A stretch of DNA of 64,000 bases from Patescibacteria group bacterium (GCA_018816885.1 JAHIUS010000001.1:8028-72027), one strand, 5' to 3'. Numbered from the stretch's first letter, positions 50,316-60,068 are shown. Translations and numbers: made by a program. Notes: generated by a model not told the origin, from the letters alone.

Positions 50316-50882
50316 ATGCCTGAAGAAGATTTAAACCCAAAAGAAATAGATGCCCTTGTCAGAAAGGCGCAGGATGGGGATACCCGGGCTTTTTCACAGA
50401 TTTATGACAAATATTTCACTCCGATTTATCGCTACATCTATTACAGGGCGAATAAAGCGGATGTTGATGATATTGTGGCGCAGGTTTTTATGAATGCTTG
50501 GGATAATTTGCACAAATACCAATCGGCTCAGGGAGCCAGCTTCGGGTCTTGGGTTTTCCGAATTGCTCATAATCTTGTCGTGGATCAGTACAGAAAGCAC
50601 AGGGGTATTTCTGAGATTCCGACAGATCTAATTGATGATAGGGATGAGGTTGATCCGCGTCATCAGGCTCAACTTAAGCTTGACCAAGTTCAGCTCAAGT
50701 CGGCTTTGCAAAAACTCAAGGAATCGCATCGCCAGGTTATTGTCCTTAAATATATAAACGGCTTTTCCAATCAGGAAATTGCCGAAGTTCTCAAGAGGAA
50801 AGAGGGGAATGTTCGAATTTTGCAGTTCAGGGCTTTGAAGGAACTCAAAAAAGTGCTTAAGGAAGCGGGATATAAGCGGTAA
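50316..50882 (+). CDS. ECF RNA polymerase sigma factor
   Basis: GD..AF..IY..Y, F.SW.FRIAHN.VVD.YR, S.QEIAEVL, FRALK.L. Confidence 0.95.
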   Translation: MPEEDLNPKEIDALVRKAQDGDTRAFSQIYDKYFTPIYRYIYYRANKADVDDIVAQVFMNAWDNLHKYQSAQGASFGSWVFRIAHNLVVDQYRKHRGISEIPTDLIDDRDEVDPRHQAQLKLDQVQLKSALQKLKESHRQVIVLKYINGFSNQEIAEVLKRKEGNVRILQFRALKELKKVLKEAGYKR

Positions 50883-50903
50883 CAAAAACCGATTTATGCC
50901 GTT
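50879..50903 (+). promoter_or_regulatory. ECF-type promoter upstream of anti-sigma gene
   Basis: GTAAC-16 bp-CGTT. Confidence 0.55.
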
Positions 50904-50918
50904 GTAAACATTGATAAT

Positions 50919-52784
50919 ATGAAAAATTTAAATTCTCAAAATTCAAATACGGTTGCAGACCTGATTTCTCTGCTCGAAAACCTGAATAAGCAGAAGCTCG
51001 AGATCATGGACGAGGGGAGTGCCAAGTCTAAGATTTGGGCTAAGATAGAGCCGCATGTACGCGTCACCAGTCAGGCGCAGCTTAATATTTTGGCGAATGA
51101 GGTTGCGGCTGTATCCGTTTTGGAGCCTTCTGCAATCAAGAAGGCGCAGATTCGAGAGGTCGTTATGGAATATATAGAGAGCGTTATGGCTCCTGCGAGA
51201 TTTTTCTTTGGCAGGAGGTTTGTTGCCGCCGCGGCTTCGCTTACTGTTCTTTTCTTCGCGCTTGTGCCTAATTCCGGACTTTTCCCTGCAGTTTCCGCTG
51301 ACAAGGTGACTCACATGAGTGTTGAGCAGGGTGAGGTTGAGGTTATGCGAGGTGGGTCGGTTTTTGCCGCGGAGGATGACATGGTGCTTCTGGAAGGTGA
51401 TGTTTTGAAAGTTGCGGACGGGTCTTTGGCGCAGGTTTTCTTCATGGATGACAGTCGAATGGCTTTGGCGCCCGGGGCGGAAGTTTATTTAAAGAGATTA
51501 TATGTTGGGAATAATGATTCCGATACTCAGGTTGAGATTGAGATTGATTCGGGTAAAGCTTGGGTTCAGGTGCTTAACTTGTTTTCCGATGAGGACTATT
51601 TTTCTGTTTGGGCCAATGGAGGAGAGTTCAAGATTGATAGGGCCGGTGATTTGAATGTTGAAGTTTCCGAGGATCATACTGCCATTCAGGTTATTAGCAA
51701 TTTGATTTCTTTTAAAATTCCTTATGCCGGGTCCGAGAAGACCGGGATTTTGGGGGAAGGGACTCAGATGACTGTGAACGGCGAGCTTGTGATTGAAGGA
51801 CTTCCCGAGATGACTGAAGATGTTTGGTGGAGTTACAATTTGGCTCAAAATCATAACCATATAAGTAAAGTTACGGATTATTATATTACCGAGTCGGCCA
51901 AGAAGGTCCGGTTCATGCCGGGGGATCCTCTTTGGAGGTTAAAGCAGTTTAAAGAGACTGTTACGGAGGTTGTGAGTTTTGACACCAAGGTTGAGAAGAG
52001 TCTCAAGGCAGCAGGTAGTCGTCTTGCCGAGGCGGAGCAGCTTGTGCAGGAAGGGGATGATGTTGCGGCTCACGAGAAGCTGAATGCTTATATCGAAATA
52101 GTTGAGGAGGTTGTTACCGCCAGTGGTACTTCTTTAGATGATATGGATGCCCTTACGGCGCATATTGGGGAGGTGACGAAGGCTCTTACCATGAAAGCTG
52201 CCGATAATGAGGGTCTTGCCGTTTTGCAGGATGCTGTTAATCAGGTGGATGAGAGTGCCTCAGGGGGTCAGGGCGATAAAAGCATTACCAGGGTTAATAA
52301 CGCTTCGAATAAGCTTTCTATGGCACTTTCTTTTGTGAATGCCGGGTCTTATGATGTCGCTCTCGAATACCTGAGAGGATATAGCGATGAGCTTACGCAG
52401 GTTGTTAAAGATATTTCCGATGTTCCCGCCAATGATAGGGCCTTCGTTGTGAGTTCGATTTTGGATAGGAAGATTGAGAATTTACAGATTTTAAAAATTA
52501 TTATCGAAAAACTTGAAAATGAAGGGCTCGATTCTTCGGAAGTGGATGAGATGAAGGGTCAGGTTCTTTTTGAAATGAATGCGCTTGTGGTTTCTCTTAA
52601 AGAAAGAGCGATTACGAAGCTTACCGACTTCTTATCGGAAGTTCAGTCTGATGAAAATATCCAGGTTCAGGTGTTGTCTAATTTGAAGAAAAGTGTTCCT
52701 CTTGATTTTGATTTGATGCAGAAAATTAATGATGTTGAGGAGGTTTATTTCGATGAAGGGGAGGTGGTTTTTCTAGTGAAGTAG
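50919..52784 (+). CDS. Putative anti-sigma factor: TM + FecR-like domain + DUF5667-like helical region
   Basis: TM, G.V.V, L.EGD.L.V..GS.A.V.F.DDS, PGDPLW.LK...E; adjacent to ECF sigma. Confidence 0.78.
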   Translation: MKNLNSQNSNTVADLISLLENLNKQKLEIMDEGSAKSKIWAKIEPHVRVTSQAQLNILANEVAAVSVLEPSAIKKAQIREVVMEYIESVMAPARFFFGRRFVAAAASLTVLFFALVPNSGLFPAVSADKVTHMSVEQGEVEVMRGGSVFAAEDDMVLLEGDVLKVADGSLAQVFFMDDSRMALAPGAEVYLKRLYVGNNDSDTQVEIEIDSGKAWVQVLNLFSDEDYFSVWANGGEFKIDRAGDLNVEVSEDHTAIQVISNLISFKIPYAGSEKTGILGEGTQMTVNGELVIEGLPEMTEDVWWSYNLAQNHNHISKVTDYYITESAKKVRFMPGDPLWRLKQFKETVTEVVSFDTKVEKSLKAAGSRLAEAEQLVQEGDDVAAHEKLNAYIEIVEEVVTASGTSLDDMDALTAHIGEVTKALTMKAADNEGLAVLQDAVNQVDESASGGQGDKSITRVNNASNKLSMALSFVNAGSYDVALEYLRGYSDELTQVVKDISDVPANDRAFVVSSILDRKIENLQILKIIIEKLENEGLDSSEVDEMKGQVLFEMNALVVSLKERAITKLTDFLSEVQSDENIQVQVLSNLKKSVPLDFDLMQKINDVEEVYFDEGEVVFLVK

Positions 52785-52789
52785 GTGGT

Positions 52790-52847
52790 TAAGAACCAAG
52801 AAGCCAAGATACAAGAACCAAACAAGAACCAAACCCGCCGAAGGCGG
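52790..52847. repeat. AAGAACC-type heptamers + ccgcc-gaa-ggcgg hairpin
   Basis: aagaaccaagaagccaagatacaagaaccaaacaagaaccaaac ccgccgaaggcgg. Confidence 0.7.
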
Positions 52848-52885
52848 AACAGAAATTCTTGGCGGTATCAATAAATAGTTTTTTT

Positions 52886-53188
52886 TTACAATTCTTTTGC
52901 CAAGATTTTATATAGTTTTTTCATAATTCTTTCGCCAAAGCTTGCTCTGGTTTTCTCTGGGACATCTTCAAGACGTTCTACTGGTGATTCTGTGATGGGT
53001 ACCTCTTTTTGATCATGTGGTGTTGTGACGGTAAGGATTCTTCCCGTGTTTCCAATAGGCATGCTCATTGTATTGCCTCTTTCTGTGTTGCATCCGGAGA
53101 AATGAGTTCCGTCTACCATTGTCCCTGTAAAGAGAATTGCATTTGCGGGCGAACTAACACTTTCTTCGCTAGTAGGTGTTTCTGCCAT
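52886..53188 (-). CDS. Hypothetical protein
   Basis: 100-aa ORF with AT-rich upstream. Confidence 0.6.
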   Translation of the reverse strand: MAETPTSEESVSSPANAILFTGTMVDGTHFSGCNTERGNTMSMPIGNTGRILTVTTPHDQKEVPITESPVERLEDVPEKTRASFGERIMKKLYKILAKEL

Positions 53189-53325
53189 AAGATTTATATT
53201 AAAAGATAGGTGTTTATTGTAGCTGTAAGCTGATTTTTGTCAAGAGTTTTGCTGCCAAAATTTCTGTTCTTTTTGGTTTCGCCATGGCGTACAATTCATT
53301 TTTATGCGAAATCCAGCGTTAAACA

Positions 53326-54390
53326 CTACAATCCCATCCCAATTAACCCCAATATCAACCCAAATATCGCGACCATTGCTCCGATGGTCCAGAAGTGCAT
53401 GACGACTTTGTATTCGGGCCAGCCGACGGCTTCGAAGTGGTGATGGATTGGAGCTATTTTGAAGACTTTTTTGCCGTTGCGGAGTTTTTTTGAGGTGAGC
53501 TGGATTATTACGGAAAGGGTCTCGATTACGAATATGAATGCTATGAAGGGGAGAATTAGCACTGTGTTGGTCATCATGGCGATTACTCCCATTGTGGCGC
53601 CGAGAGAGAGCGCGCCTGTGTCGCCCATGAAGAATCTGGCGGGTGGAATGTTGAACCAAAGAAATGCCGTTGTGGAGCCGCAGATTACTGCGCAGAAAGC
53701 GGATAGTATAAAAAGTCCTTTGACGTAGGCGAGGGCGCCGAGAGCGCCGAAAGTTATGATGATTAAGCCGCCTGCGAGGCCGTCCAGGCCGTCTGTGATG
53801 TTTACCGAGTTGGCGGAGGCGATGATGATGAAGATGAATAGAGGGATATACCAAAGTCCCATTTGGAAGTCGCCGATTCCGGGAATATGGATTTGATCGT
53901 AGCCGAGTTTGAAGTAGAAAAAGAGTCCTCCAAGCACTGCGAACAGGGTTAGCCAGAAGAGTTTGGGTTTGATGTTGATACCTTTGCTTTTGCCCCAGCC
54001 TTTGAGGTTGAAAACATCATCGACCGCTCCGAGCAAGGCTACTGAAATCAGTGTGAATATGGGAAGATAGGTTTCGTTTCTGTTCCAGAGGGAGTGTTCG
54101 AATACTCCGCAAAGTGAGAGCAGATGCGTGATTCCGATTACGATGAGGACTGTTCCCCAGATTAAGATCCCGCCCATTGTGGGGGTCCCGGATTTTTTGA
54201 TGTGTAGTGCGGAAAAAAGTTTCGTTGCTCGTCCGTCCGGGGCTGTTTCGCGGATTTGTTTGCCGATTTTGTATTTGTGAAGTAGGGCAATGAAAGGTTT
54301 GGCTGCGAGAAGCGCGATTATGAAAGCCAGGCCGAATGAGCCGAAGATCAGGATGAGGTGGCGGACGGTGTCGGTGAGTGCGAATGGCAT
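53326..54390 (-). CDS. mraY: Phospho-N-acetylmuramoyl-pentapeptide transferase
   Basis: K.GTPTMGG, GAVDD, NITDGLDGLA, FMGDTG, APIHHHFE. Confidence 0.98.
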   Translation of the reverse strand: MPFALTDTVRHLILIFGSFGLAFIIALLAAKPFIALLHKYKIGKQIRETAPDGRATKLFSALHIKKSGTPTMGGILIWGTVLIVIGITHLLSLCGVFEHSLWNRNETYLPIFTLISVALLGAVDDVFNLKGWGKSKGINIKPKLFWLTLFAVLGGLFFYFKLGYDQIHIPGIGDFQMGLWYIPLFIFIIIASANSVNITDGLDGLAGGLIIITFGALGALAYVKGLFILSAFCAVICGSTTAFLWFNIPPARFFMGDTGALSLGATMGVIAMMTNTVLILPFIAFIFVIETLSVIIQLTSKKLRNGKKVFKIAPIHHHFEAVGWPEYKVVMHFWTIGAMVAIFGLILGLIGMGL

Positions 54391-54432
54391 ATGGCGGATG
54401 GCTAATGGCTAATGGCTAATGGCTAATGGCTT
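54384..54432. repeat. (ATGGCNN)x7 heptamer array containing the mraY start codon
   Basis: atggcat atggcgg (atggcta)x4 atggctt. Confidence 0.92.
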
Positions 54433-54532
54433 GTTGCGTATGGATTTTAGCTTAAAAGTATGGTTTTCGGTAGTTTTTGGTTGATTTTTTGGTTTGTTTG
54501 GCATATATTCCATCTCCTTTAATATTAAAAAT

Positions 54533-55450
54533 CTGAATAAACTTAAAGAAACAGCAGTAGAACCTGATGTTGTTAATGAGATGCCGAGTGCGGAAGAAAT
54601 TACAGATGTTGTTTATAAAAGCCTTGAAAATATTTGTTTTAGGCTTACTAAAGATGAGTCGGGACAGGTCCGTTTGTTGCCGCATGGTGTTGAGAAGTTT
54701 CAGCGTTGGAAGAATGTGAGTACTTCGGTTGGTGTTTCTGAGCAGATACATTTGCCTTTGAGGGGCGACACCCTTCCTGAGTTGGCTGATTTGATTACTG
54801 TGATTGAGGTTGAAGTTAAGGCGGATCTTTTCAAGAGGTTCGGAGTAGTTAAGAGGGATCGTTATGTAAATGAGGTTTATGCGAGGTTGATTGAAGAGAT
54901 TGTTTCTGAATTAACTCGGCTTGATTGCAGTTATGAGTTTATGGATGGGCCGAATATTTATGCTTATGTTAGTGGAAGTTTCAGGTTTGATTTGAGGGAA
55001 ATTGATATGTTTTTGGATTTTCTTGATGAATCTGGGGATGCGCGAGATGTGTTTGCTGTTTTAAAAGAACATTATGGAGAGTTTGTGCGATTGGAAGAGG
55101 CAAGATTCCCGTCTCTTGAAGTGGTTAATTATAGACAAAGAAACATGGATCCTCTTGTGAATAAATTAGAGAGAGATTGGGACGGTTTCCGCTTTCGGCA
55201 GTATGTGGATCGAGGAGAAATTGTTTGCGAAAGATCGGGTGAGAGGTTTGAGCTTGAGGATTTTGGTGATTGGAAAATTCGTATTACTGCACCTGATGGG
55301 GCTAAGTATCAGGTTGAAGGTTATGGGCTTTTTGGTGCGATGCTTGAGATGAGTCGTGCGGATCATTTGTTTGAAGATATGAGAAAAAATATCTCCGAAG
55401 TTTTTTCTCAATTGGTTGAAAGTAATCCCGATATCAAGAGGCTCTCTTAA
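54533..55450 (+). CDS. Hypothetical protein (start uncertain: CTG 54533 or ATG 54581)
   Basis: Long ORF; TTGATT-17 bp-TATATT at 54481-54509. Confidence 0.72.
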   Translation: MNKLKETAVEPDVVNEMPSAEEITDVVYKSLENICFRLTKDESGQVRLLPHGVEKFQRWKNVSTSVGVSEQIHLPLRGDTLPELADLITVIEVEVKADLFKRFGVVKRDRYVNEVYARLIEEIVSELTRLDCSYEFMDGPNIYAYVSGSFRFDLREIDMFLDFLDESGDARDVFAVLKEHYGEFVRLEEARFPSLEVVNYRQRNMDPLVNKLERDWDGFRFRQYVDRGEIVCERSGERFELEDFGDWKIRITAPDGAKYQVEGYGLFGAMLEMSRADHLFEDMRKNISEVFSQLVESNPDIKRLS

Positions 55451-56344
55451 TTACCACTCATACGAGTTGTAAATCCAGTCCAGCATGAGTTTGGTTTCGC
55501 CGAATCTGTCATGGGAGCCGAGGATGACTGTGAGGATTTCGTGTCCGGCATGATTTTCCGCAACTGTTATTAAGCATTCTCCTGCTAAGGGGGTTTTGCC
55601 GGTTTTGAGGCCTTTTACGTTGAGGTAGGAGCCGAGGAGTTGGTTTGTTGAGGTGAGGTCGTGGGTCGGGTAGCCGAAAGCTCCTGTTATCGTGGCTTCC
55701 GGGAGGCTGGTGATTTCGCGTATGAATTCGTCTTTGAGGAGGTACATTGAGAGGTTTGCGAGGTCTTTGGTTGTTGAGTAGCCTTCATCATCCAGTCCAG
55801 ATGCGCTTGTGAAGTTGGTGTTCGTTAGTCCCAGTTGGCGGGCTTTTTGGTTCATTTTTTTGATAAAATTTTCTTCGCTTCCGGAGTTGAATTCCGCGAG
55901 GGCGACTGCGCAGTCGTTCCCGGATTGGATCAGCAGTCCGTAAAGCAGGGATTCGACTGTGATCTGTTCGCCTGTGCCGAGCCAGATTTGTGAGCCGGGG
56001 GTGTTTGCGGCTTTAGAGCTAACGGTGACAACTGAGTCTAACTCTTCTTCTTCCAGAATTATGTAGGCTGTCATCAGTTTGGTGAGGCTGGCGATTGGGA
56101 GTTTTTCGTGCTGGTTTAAAGTGTAAAGCGGTGTGTTGGATGTTAGGTCGAGGGCGTATCCGGATTCGGCGTAGATTATCGGTTCGATTTTGCCGATTTT
56201 TAAGGTTGGAATTGAGTTTATATCAATGAGTTCGCTTACTTCAAAAGGCTCTTGCTGCGCGAGTATGGGCGGCTGTTCTATCTCGGCGAGAGAGTTGGTT
56301 TGGAGGAGGGAGGTTATCAGTAGTGAGAGGAGGGCTCGGAGCAT
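55451..56344 (-). CDS. D-alanyl-D-alanine carboxypeptidase (peptidase S11)
   Basis: Signal peptide, ASLTK, SGN, KTG. Confidence 0.95.
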   Translation of the reverse strand: MLRALLSLLITSLLQTNSLAEIEQPPILAQQEPFEVSELIDINSIPTLKIGKIEPIIYAESGYALDLTSNTPLYTLNQHEKLPIASLTKLMTAYIILEEEELDSVVTVSSKAANTPGSQIWLGTGEQITVESLLYGLLIQSGNDCAVALAEFNSGSEENFIKKMNQKARQLGLTNTNFTSASGLDDEGYSTTKDLANLSMYLLKDEFIREITSLPEATITGAFGYPTHDLTSTNQLLGSYLNVKGLKTGKTPLAGECLITVAENHAGHEILTVILGSHDRFGETKLMLDWIYNSYEW

Positions 56345-56379
56345 GTTAGTGACGAGTAATGAGTACCAAGTACCCAGTG

Positions 56380-56566
56380 GGTGGTGTTTCCGCTTCGCGG
56401 AAACGGCTTATTTGTAGTTTAGGGCGAGGGGATCGCTTCGCTTCCTCTCGCTGGTGGTGTTTCCGCTTCGCGGAAACGGCTTGATTTGTAGTTTAGGGCG
56501 AGGGGATCGCTTCGCTTCCTCTCGCTGGTGGTGTTTCCGCTTCGCGGAAACGGCTTGATTTGTAGT
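56380..56566. repeat. 2.5 tandem copies (73-74 bp) of double-hairpin module B
   Basis: ggtggtgtttccgc-ttc-gcggaaacggctt(g)atttgtagtttagggcgaggggatcgcttcgcttcctctcgct at 56380, 56453, 56527 (partial). Confidence 0.96.
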
Positions 56567-56665
56567 GGTAGTTTAGCGGAAAAGCAGGGGTTTGTTTTTT
56601 TGTTGGGCTTGACGGGTTGGCGGATTGGGTGTATAAGATGATCTTAAATTTTTAATCAAAAAAAC

Positions 56666-57319
56666 ATGTCTAATACGCCTGATGAGAACAATTCTCCTGT
56701 CGAGGATTCCAAAAGAGAAGTTCTTGAGAATCAATGTATGGATTGTATGGGGACTGCTGCTGATGAGACTTTGGCGAAGGTTTTGAGTTATTTTCCTGAA
56801 ACTGCACAATTGTTTATTAAGACTCAGGAGTATGCTACAAGCGTGACGGGAAAAAAGGGTTTGCAGTATGTAGTGCAACTTAAGGTTGGGGATAAGTATT
56901 TAGCAGGGGGTACGTGCAGAGTTCCTGGCTCAGAATATTTGGGGATTTCTGGTTATTCTGGTCAAAATTTAATGCAGAAAATTAAGGTGATTCGTGTTTT
57001 GAGAGGTGAATACGAATTAGGTTTATCTGCTGATGAGGTTTATGGGATTTTGGATGCAAATGATGCCGATGATAGTGATAAGGAGTATGTGCTGATTGTC
57101 AAAAAAATGCTGGAAGTTATGGGGGTTACGGATGAGGAATTAACTTTATTGAGAGAGTTCTATGATGCACATAGAAGAAGCGAGAGAATGCATCGTCAGG
57201 CAACTGATCTTGAAGATCAAGCAAAAAAACTTAGAGAGCAGGCTATAGCTATTGTGCGTGAAATAGAGACAGATAGAATAGGGGGGATATATCGAGCTCG
57301 AAAATCAACCGAAGCTTAG
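56666..57319 (+). CDS. Hypothetical protein with C-terminal coiled coil
   Basis: 217-aa ORF; TTGACG-17 bp-TATAAG upstream. Confidence 0.75.
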   Translation: MSNTPDENNSPVEDSKREVLENQCMDCMGTAADETLAKVLSYFPETAQLFIKTQEYATSVTGKKGLQYVVQLKVGDKYLAGGTCRVPGSEYLGISGYSGQNLMQKIKVIRVLRGEYELGLSADEVYGILDANDADDSDKEYVLIVKKMLEVMGVTDEELTLLREFYDAHRRSERMHRQATDLEDQAKKLREQAIAIVREIETDRIGGIYRARKSTEA

Positions 57320-58054
57320 TATCTCTTTGTCAGTCAAATGTCTGTACTGCCCTTTTTTCAGATCACCGAGTTCTATCGGACCGACTCGGAGGCGTTTTAA
57401 GTATACCACGTGATGCCCGAGGAGCCTGAAGACCTCGCGGATTTGGCGTTTGCGGCCTTCGGAGAGAGTTAGGATGAAGGAATGAGGGTTTAGGATAGAG
57501 TAGGACATTGGATTCAGGGTGTAGCTATCGAGTTGTAATGTTCCGGAGGTGAGTTTTTCGAGGGTTTCTTGGGTTGGTTCGCCTTTGACTTTTACGATGT
57601 AGTCTTTTGTTGATTCGTTGCTTGGATGTGTGATTTTTTGGATAAAATCTCCATCTGTTGACAGTATGAGCAGTCCTCTTGAATCTGCGTCCAGTCTGCC
57701 GGCGGGTTTTACCGATTTTAACTCTTCGGGGAGGAGATCTATGACGGTTCTTCTTCCGTGGGTATCTTGTGTTGTTGAAAGGTAGCCATCCGGTTTGTAC
57801 AGGGCGAGGTAGATGTGTGTTTTTGGTTTTAAAATATTGCCGTTTATTGAAATCTCGTCTTGCTGCGAGGCTGATTGTCCGATTTCGGCTTTTTCGCCAT
57901 TAACAAATACTTGTCCTTCTCGGATAAGGTCTTCTGCTTTTCTTCTGGAATAATTACTCCTCGCTGCTATCAGCTTCTGCAGTCTCTCCTTCTTCTGCTG
58001 CTTCTTCTGTTTCGGCAGGTGGGATGTATTGCCAGTAGTAGAATCTGGTTTCAT
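57305..58054 (-). CDS. rRNA pseudouridine synthase (RsuA/RluB family)
   Basis: RLQK.IA...SRRKAE S4 domain, KP.G, GRLD..S.GLL, EGR.RQIR. Confidence 0.93.
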   Translation of the reverse strand: MKPDSTTGNTSHLPKQKKQQKKERLQKLIAARSNYSRRKAEDLIREGQVFVNGEKAEIGQSASQQDEISINGNILKPKTHIYLALYKPDGYLSTTQDTHGRRTVIDLLPEELKSVKPAGRLDADSRGLLILSTDGDFIQKITHPSNESTKDYIVKVKGEPTQETLEKLTSGTLQLDSYTLNPMSYSILNPHSFILTLSEGRKRQIREVFRLLGHHVVYLKRLRVGPIELGDLKKGQYRHLTDKEILSFG

Positions 58055-59480
58055 TGTTTTCTTCATAATATGGGATGAAATCTTTTCCTAATTCAATGAG
58101 AAGCTGAGCTTCGGTAGGCCAGTTTTCCGGGAGGTAGTCTTCCGGAATTATTTCTGAGACTTCGGCTTCGGGGATAAGTTCCAGAAGTAGATCTAAGGTC
58201 TTCGATTCTTCTCCTGAGAGGTTAAAAATAGTTGTTTCTTCAAGTCCGAGTCTTGCGGCGTTCCCATATCTGGCGGTGTATAGGCCGTATCTGTTTAAGT
58301 AGTTTTTTGTGTCTGTTGCGAGGCCTTCATATCCCGAGCTGTTTACGACTTGGAGAGGGATGTTTTCTTTAAAAAGTCCCGGCGTGTGCAAGAAAAGCTC
58401 TGCGAAATGTTGGATCTCGGAGTAGTCGTATGAGCTTGGAACGAGTACGAAAGCTCCTCCGTAAAGTTCACGGTCCGGGGTGTATAAGAATCCTCCGGTT
58501 GCATAAGGGTCGTCGCTGAATACTTGCGACAGAATTGAGTCTTGCGAGAAGTCGTCCGCCATTTTCCCGAGCCTGGCTATTTCTGTAAATGTTAGGTTTG
58601 TTACGAAGTTAGAGGAGAACGCTTCGTAAAGGTTTTTGAGTTTTCCCGGGCTGGCGAGGACTCCGAGTGAGAAAGCTTTGTCCTTGAGGGCCGCGATGAT
58701 TTGTTGTTGCCTTAAAGCTCTGTCGAAGTCGGAAGTTGTTTTGCGGCTGCGTGCGAATTTGAGGGCATCTTCGCCGTCAAAATGGTTTTCTCCCGCATCA
58801 AGATAGAATGTTTGGTATTGGCCTGTTTCTTCGATCGGATAGTACGGATCGTAAAAATTTTCATCCAAATATACATCGATTCCTCCGAGAGCATCTACGA
58901 TATCAATGAATCCGTTGAAGTCTACGAGCGCGTAATAATGGATTTCTATGTCGAGGAGTTCCGCTATTTTTTCTTTCAACGCGCTAAGGGCGATGTCCCG
59001 GGCTTCTTCTTCGCTCCTACCCTGATTTTCGTGGTACATTTTGGTCAATTCATAGAAGCGATTGATTCTCCAATTACCTATCAGCTCATCTTCGATATAA
59101 AAATCTCTCGGTATGGAAAGCATCGGAACGAGATTGTTCTCTTTGTCGAGTGATGCGACCATTATTGTATCTGTAAGTTCCGCTCCGTCGTGGCTGCCAC
59201 CTCCCATCCCGAGTAAGAGAAAGTTTGTGTGGCCTTCTTCATCTGTTGCGAGTGAGCTGCTGATGACGGAGAGGATGATGTTTTTTACTGAAATGGAGTT
59301 TTCTGTCATGTCGAGGATTTTGGCTGCTGCGATGCACATCCCCCAGATGAATACGGCTATTATTATGAATGCTATCAGGTTGGCTTTTATGAATGCAAAA
59401 GCTCCTTTTTTGGCTTTTTCCAGGTTGTCGTGTGTTTTTATTACTCTGTCGGAGCGGATTTTTTTTGTTTGGAAATCCAT
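57954..59480 (-). CDS. LytR-CpsA-Psr (LCP) family protein with LytR_C domain
   Basis: TM, TDTIMV, SIPRD, ARSR...SDFDR..RQQ, VVN.SG..GLA. Confidence 0.94.
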   Translation of the reverse strand: MDFQTKKIRSDRVIKTHDNLEKAKKGAFAFIKANLIAFIIIAVFIWGMCIAAAKILDMTENSISVKNIILSVISSSLATDEEGHTNFLLLGMGGGSHDGAELTDTIMVASLDKENNLVPMLSIPRDFYIEDELIGNWRINRFYELTKMYHENQGRSEEEARDIALSALKEKIAELLDIEIHYYALVDFNGFIDIVDALGGIDVYLDENFYDPYYPIEETGQYQTFYLDAGENHFDGEDALKFARSRKTTSDFDRALRQQQIIAALKDKAFSLGVLASPGKLKNLYEAFSSNFVTNLTFTEIARLGKMADDFSQDSILSQVFSDDPYATGGFLYTPDRELYGGAFVLVPSSYDYSEIQHFAELFLHTPGLFKENIPLQVVNSSGYEGLATDTKNYLNRYGLYTARYGNAARLGLEETTIFNLSGEESKTLDLLLELIPEAEVSEIIPEDYLPENWPTEAQLLIELGKDFIPYYEENNETRFYYWQYIPPAETEEAAEEGETAEADSSEE

Positions 59481-59489
59481 GTGTTAGTG

Positions 59490-59609
59490 AGGAGTAATGA
59501 GTACCAAGTGCCCAGTGATTGGTGTTTCGCTGGCGCGAAACAACTTTTTGTAGTGAGGGCGCGAGAATCGCTTCGCTTTCTTGCGCTGTGGTGTTTTGCT
59601 GCGCAAAAC
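59490..59609. repeat. AGTAATG/AGTACCA heptamers + 1.5 copies of module B
   Basis: gtttcgc-tggc-gcgaaac...gtagt...ggcgcgagaatcgcttcgctttcttgcgct...gttttgc-tgc-gcaaaac. Confidence 0.85.
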
Positions 59610-59779
59610 GTCTTTTTTTATTTGAGCGGTTCCCGCTCTGTCGCCGCGTATATTAGTACTTTAAGTTGTAGATTACAACTTGCAGTTTTTTTGGGTTTGC
59701 GTTGATATTTTCTATACACAATTTGACTTCTTGTCGATTTCCCTGATATAAACCTCGTCTTATTTGTTAAAAAACTATT

Positions 59780-60016
59780 ATGGATAGATTGAGACAGGTT
59801 TTAGGGGTTTTGATGGCGGGGGTTATGGGTTTGGCGGCTGGATGTAGCGATCCTTGTGATGAGGTTGAATGTTTTTATCAGGAAGAAACAACTGGTGCTT
59901 GCGATCTTGTGATTCTGGATTGTATGGAGGCAGGGGATTGTAGTGAGGTTGCGGAGCTTGGATGTGTTAGTCAGGAATTTGCGGATGCGGTTGAAAGGTG
60001 CGTTCGATCTGATTAG
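59780..60016 (+). CDS. Small Cys-rich acidic putative lipoprotein
   Basis: LAAGC lipobox-like site; 8 Cys in 78 aa; TTGACT-18 bp-TATAAA upstream. Confidence 0.7.
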   Translation: MDRLRQVLGVLMAGVMGLAAGCSDPCDEVECFYQEETTGACDLVILDCMEAGDCSEVAELGCVSQEFADAVERCVRSD

Positions 60017-60068
60017 TTTGACTTTTTGGCTTACAGATGGTATTTTATGCTCTCTAAAAATATTTATC

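Noticed and set aside
56380..56566. CRISPR array
   Set aside because: The sequences between the palindromes are identical rather than unique spacers, and no cas genes are present
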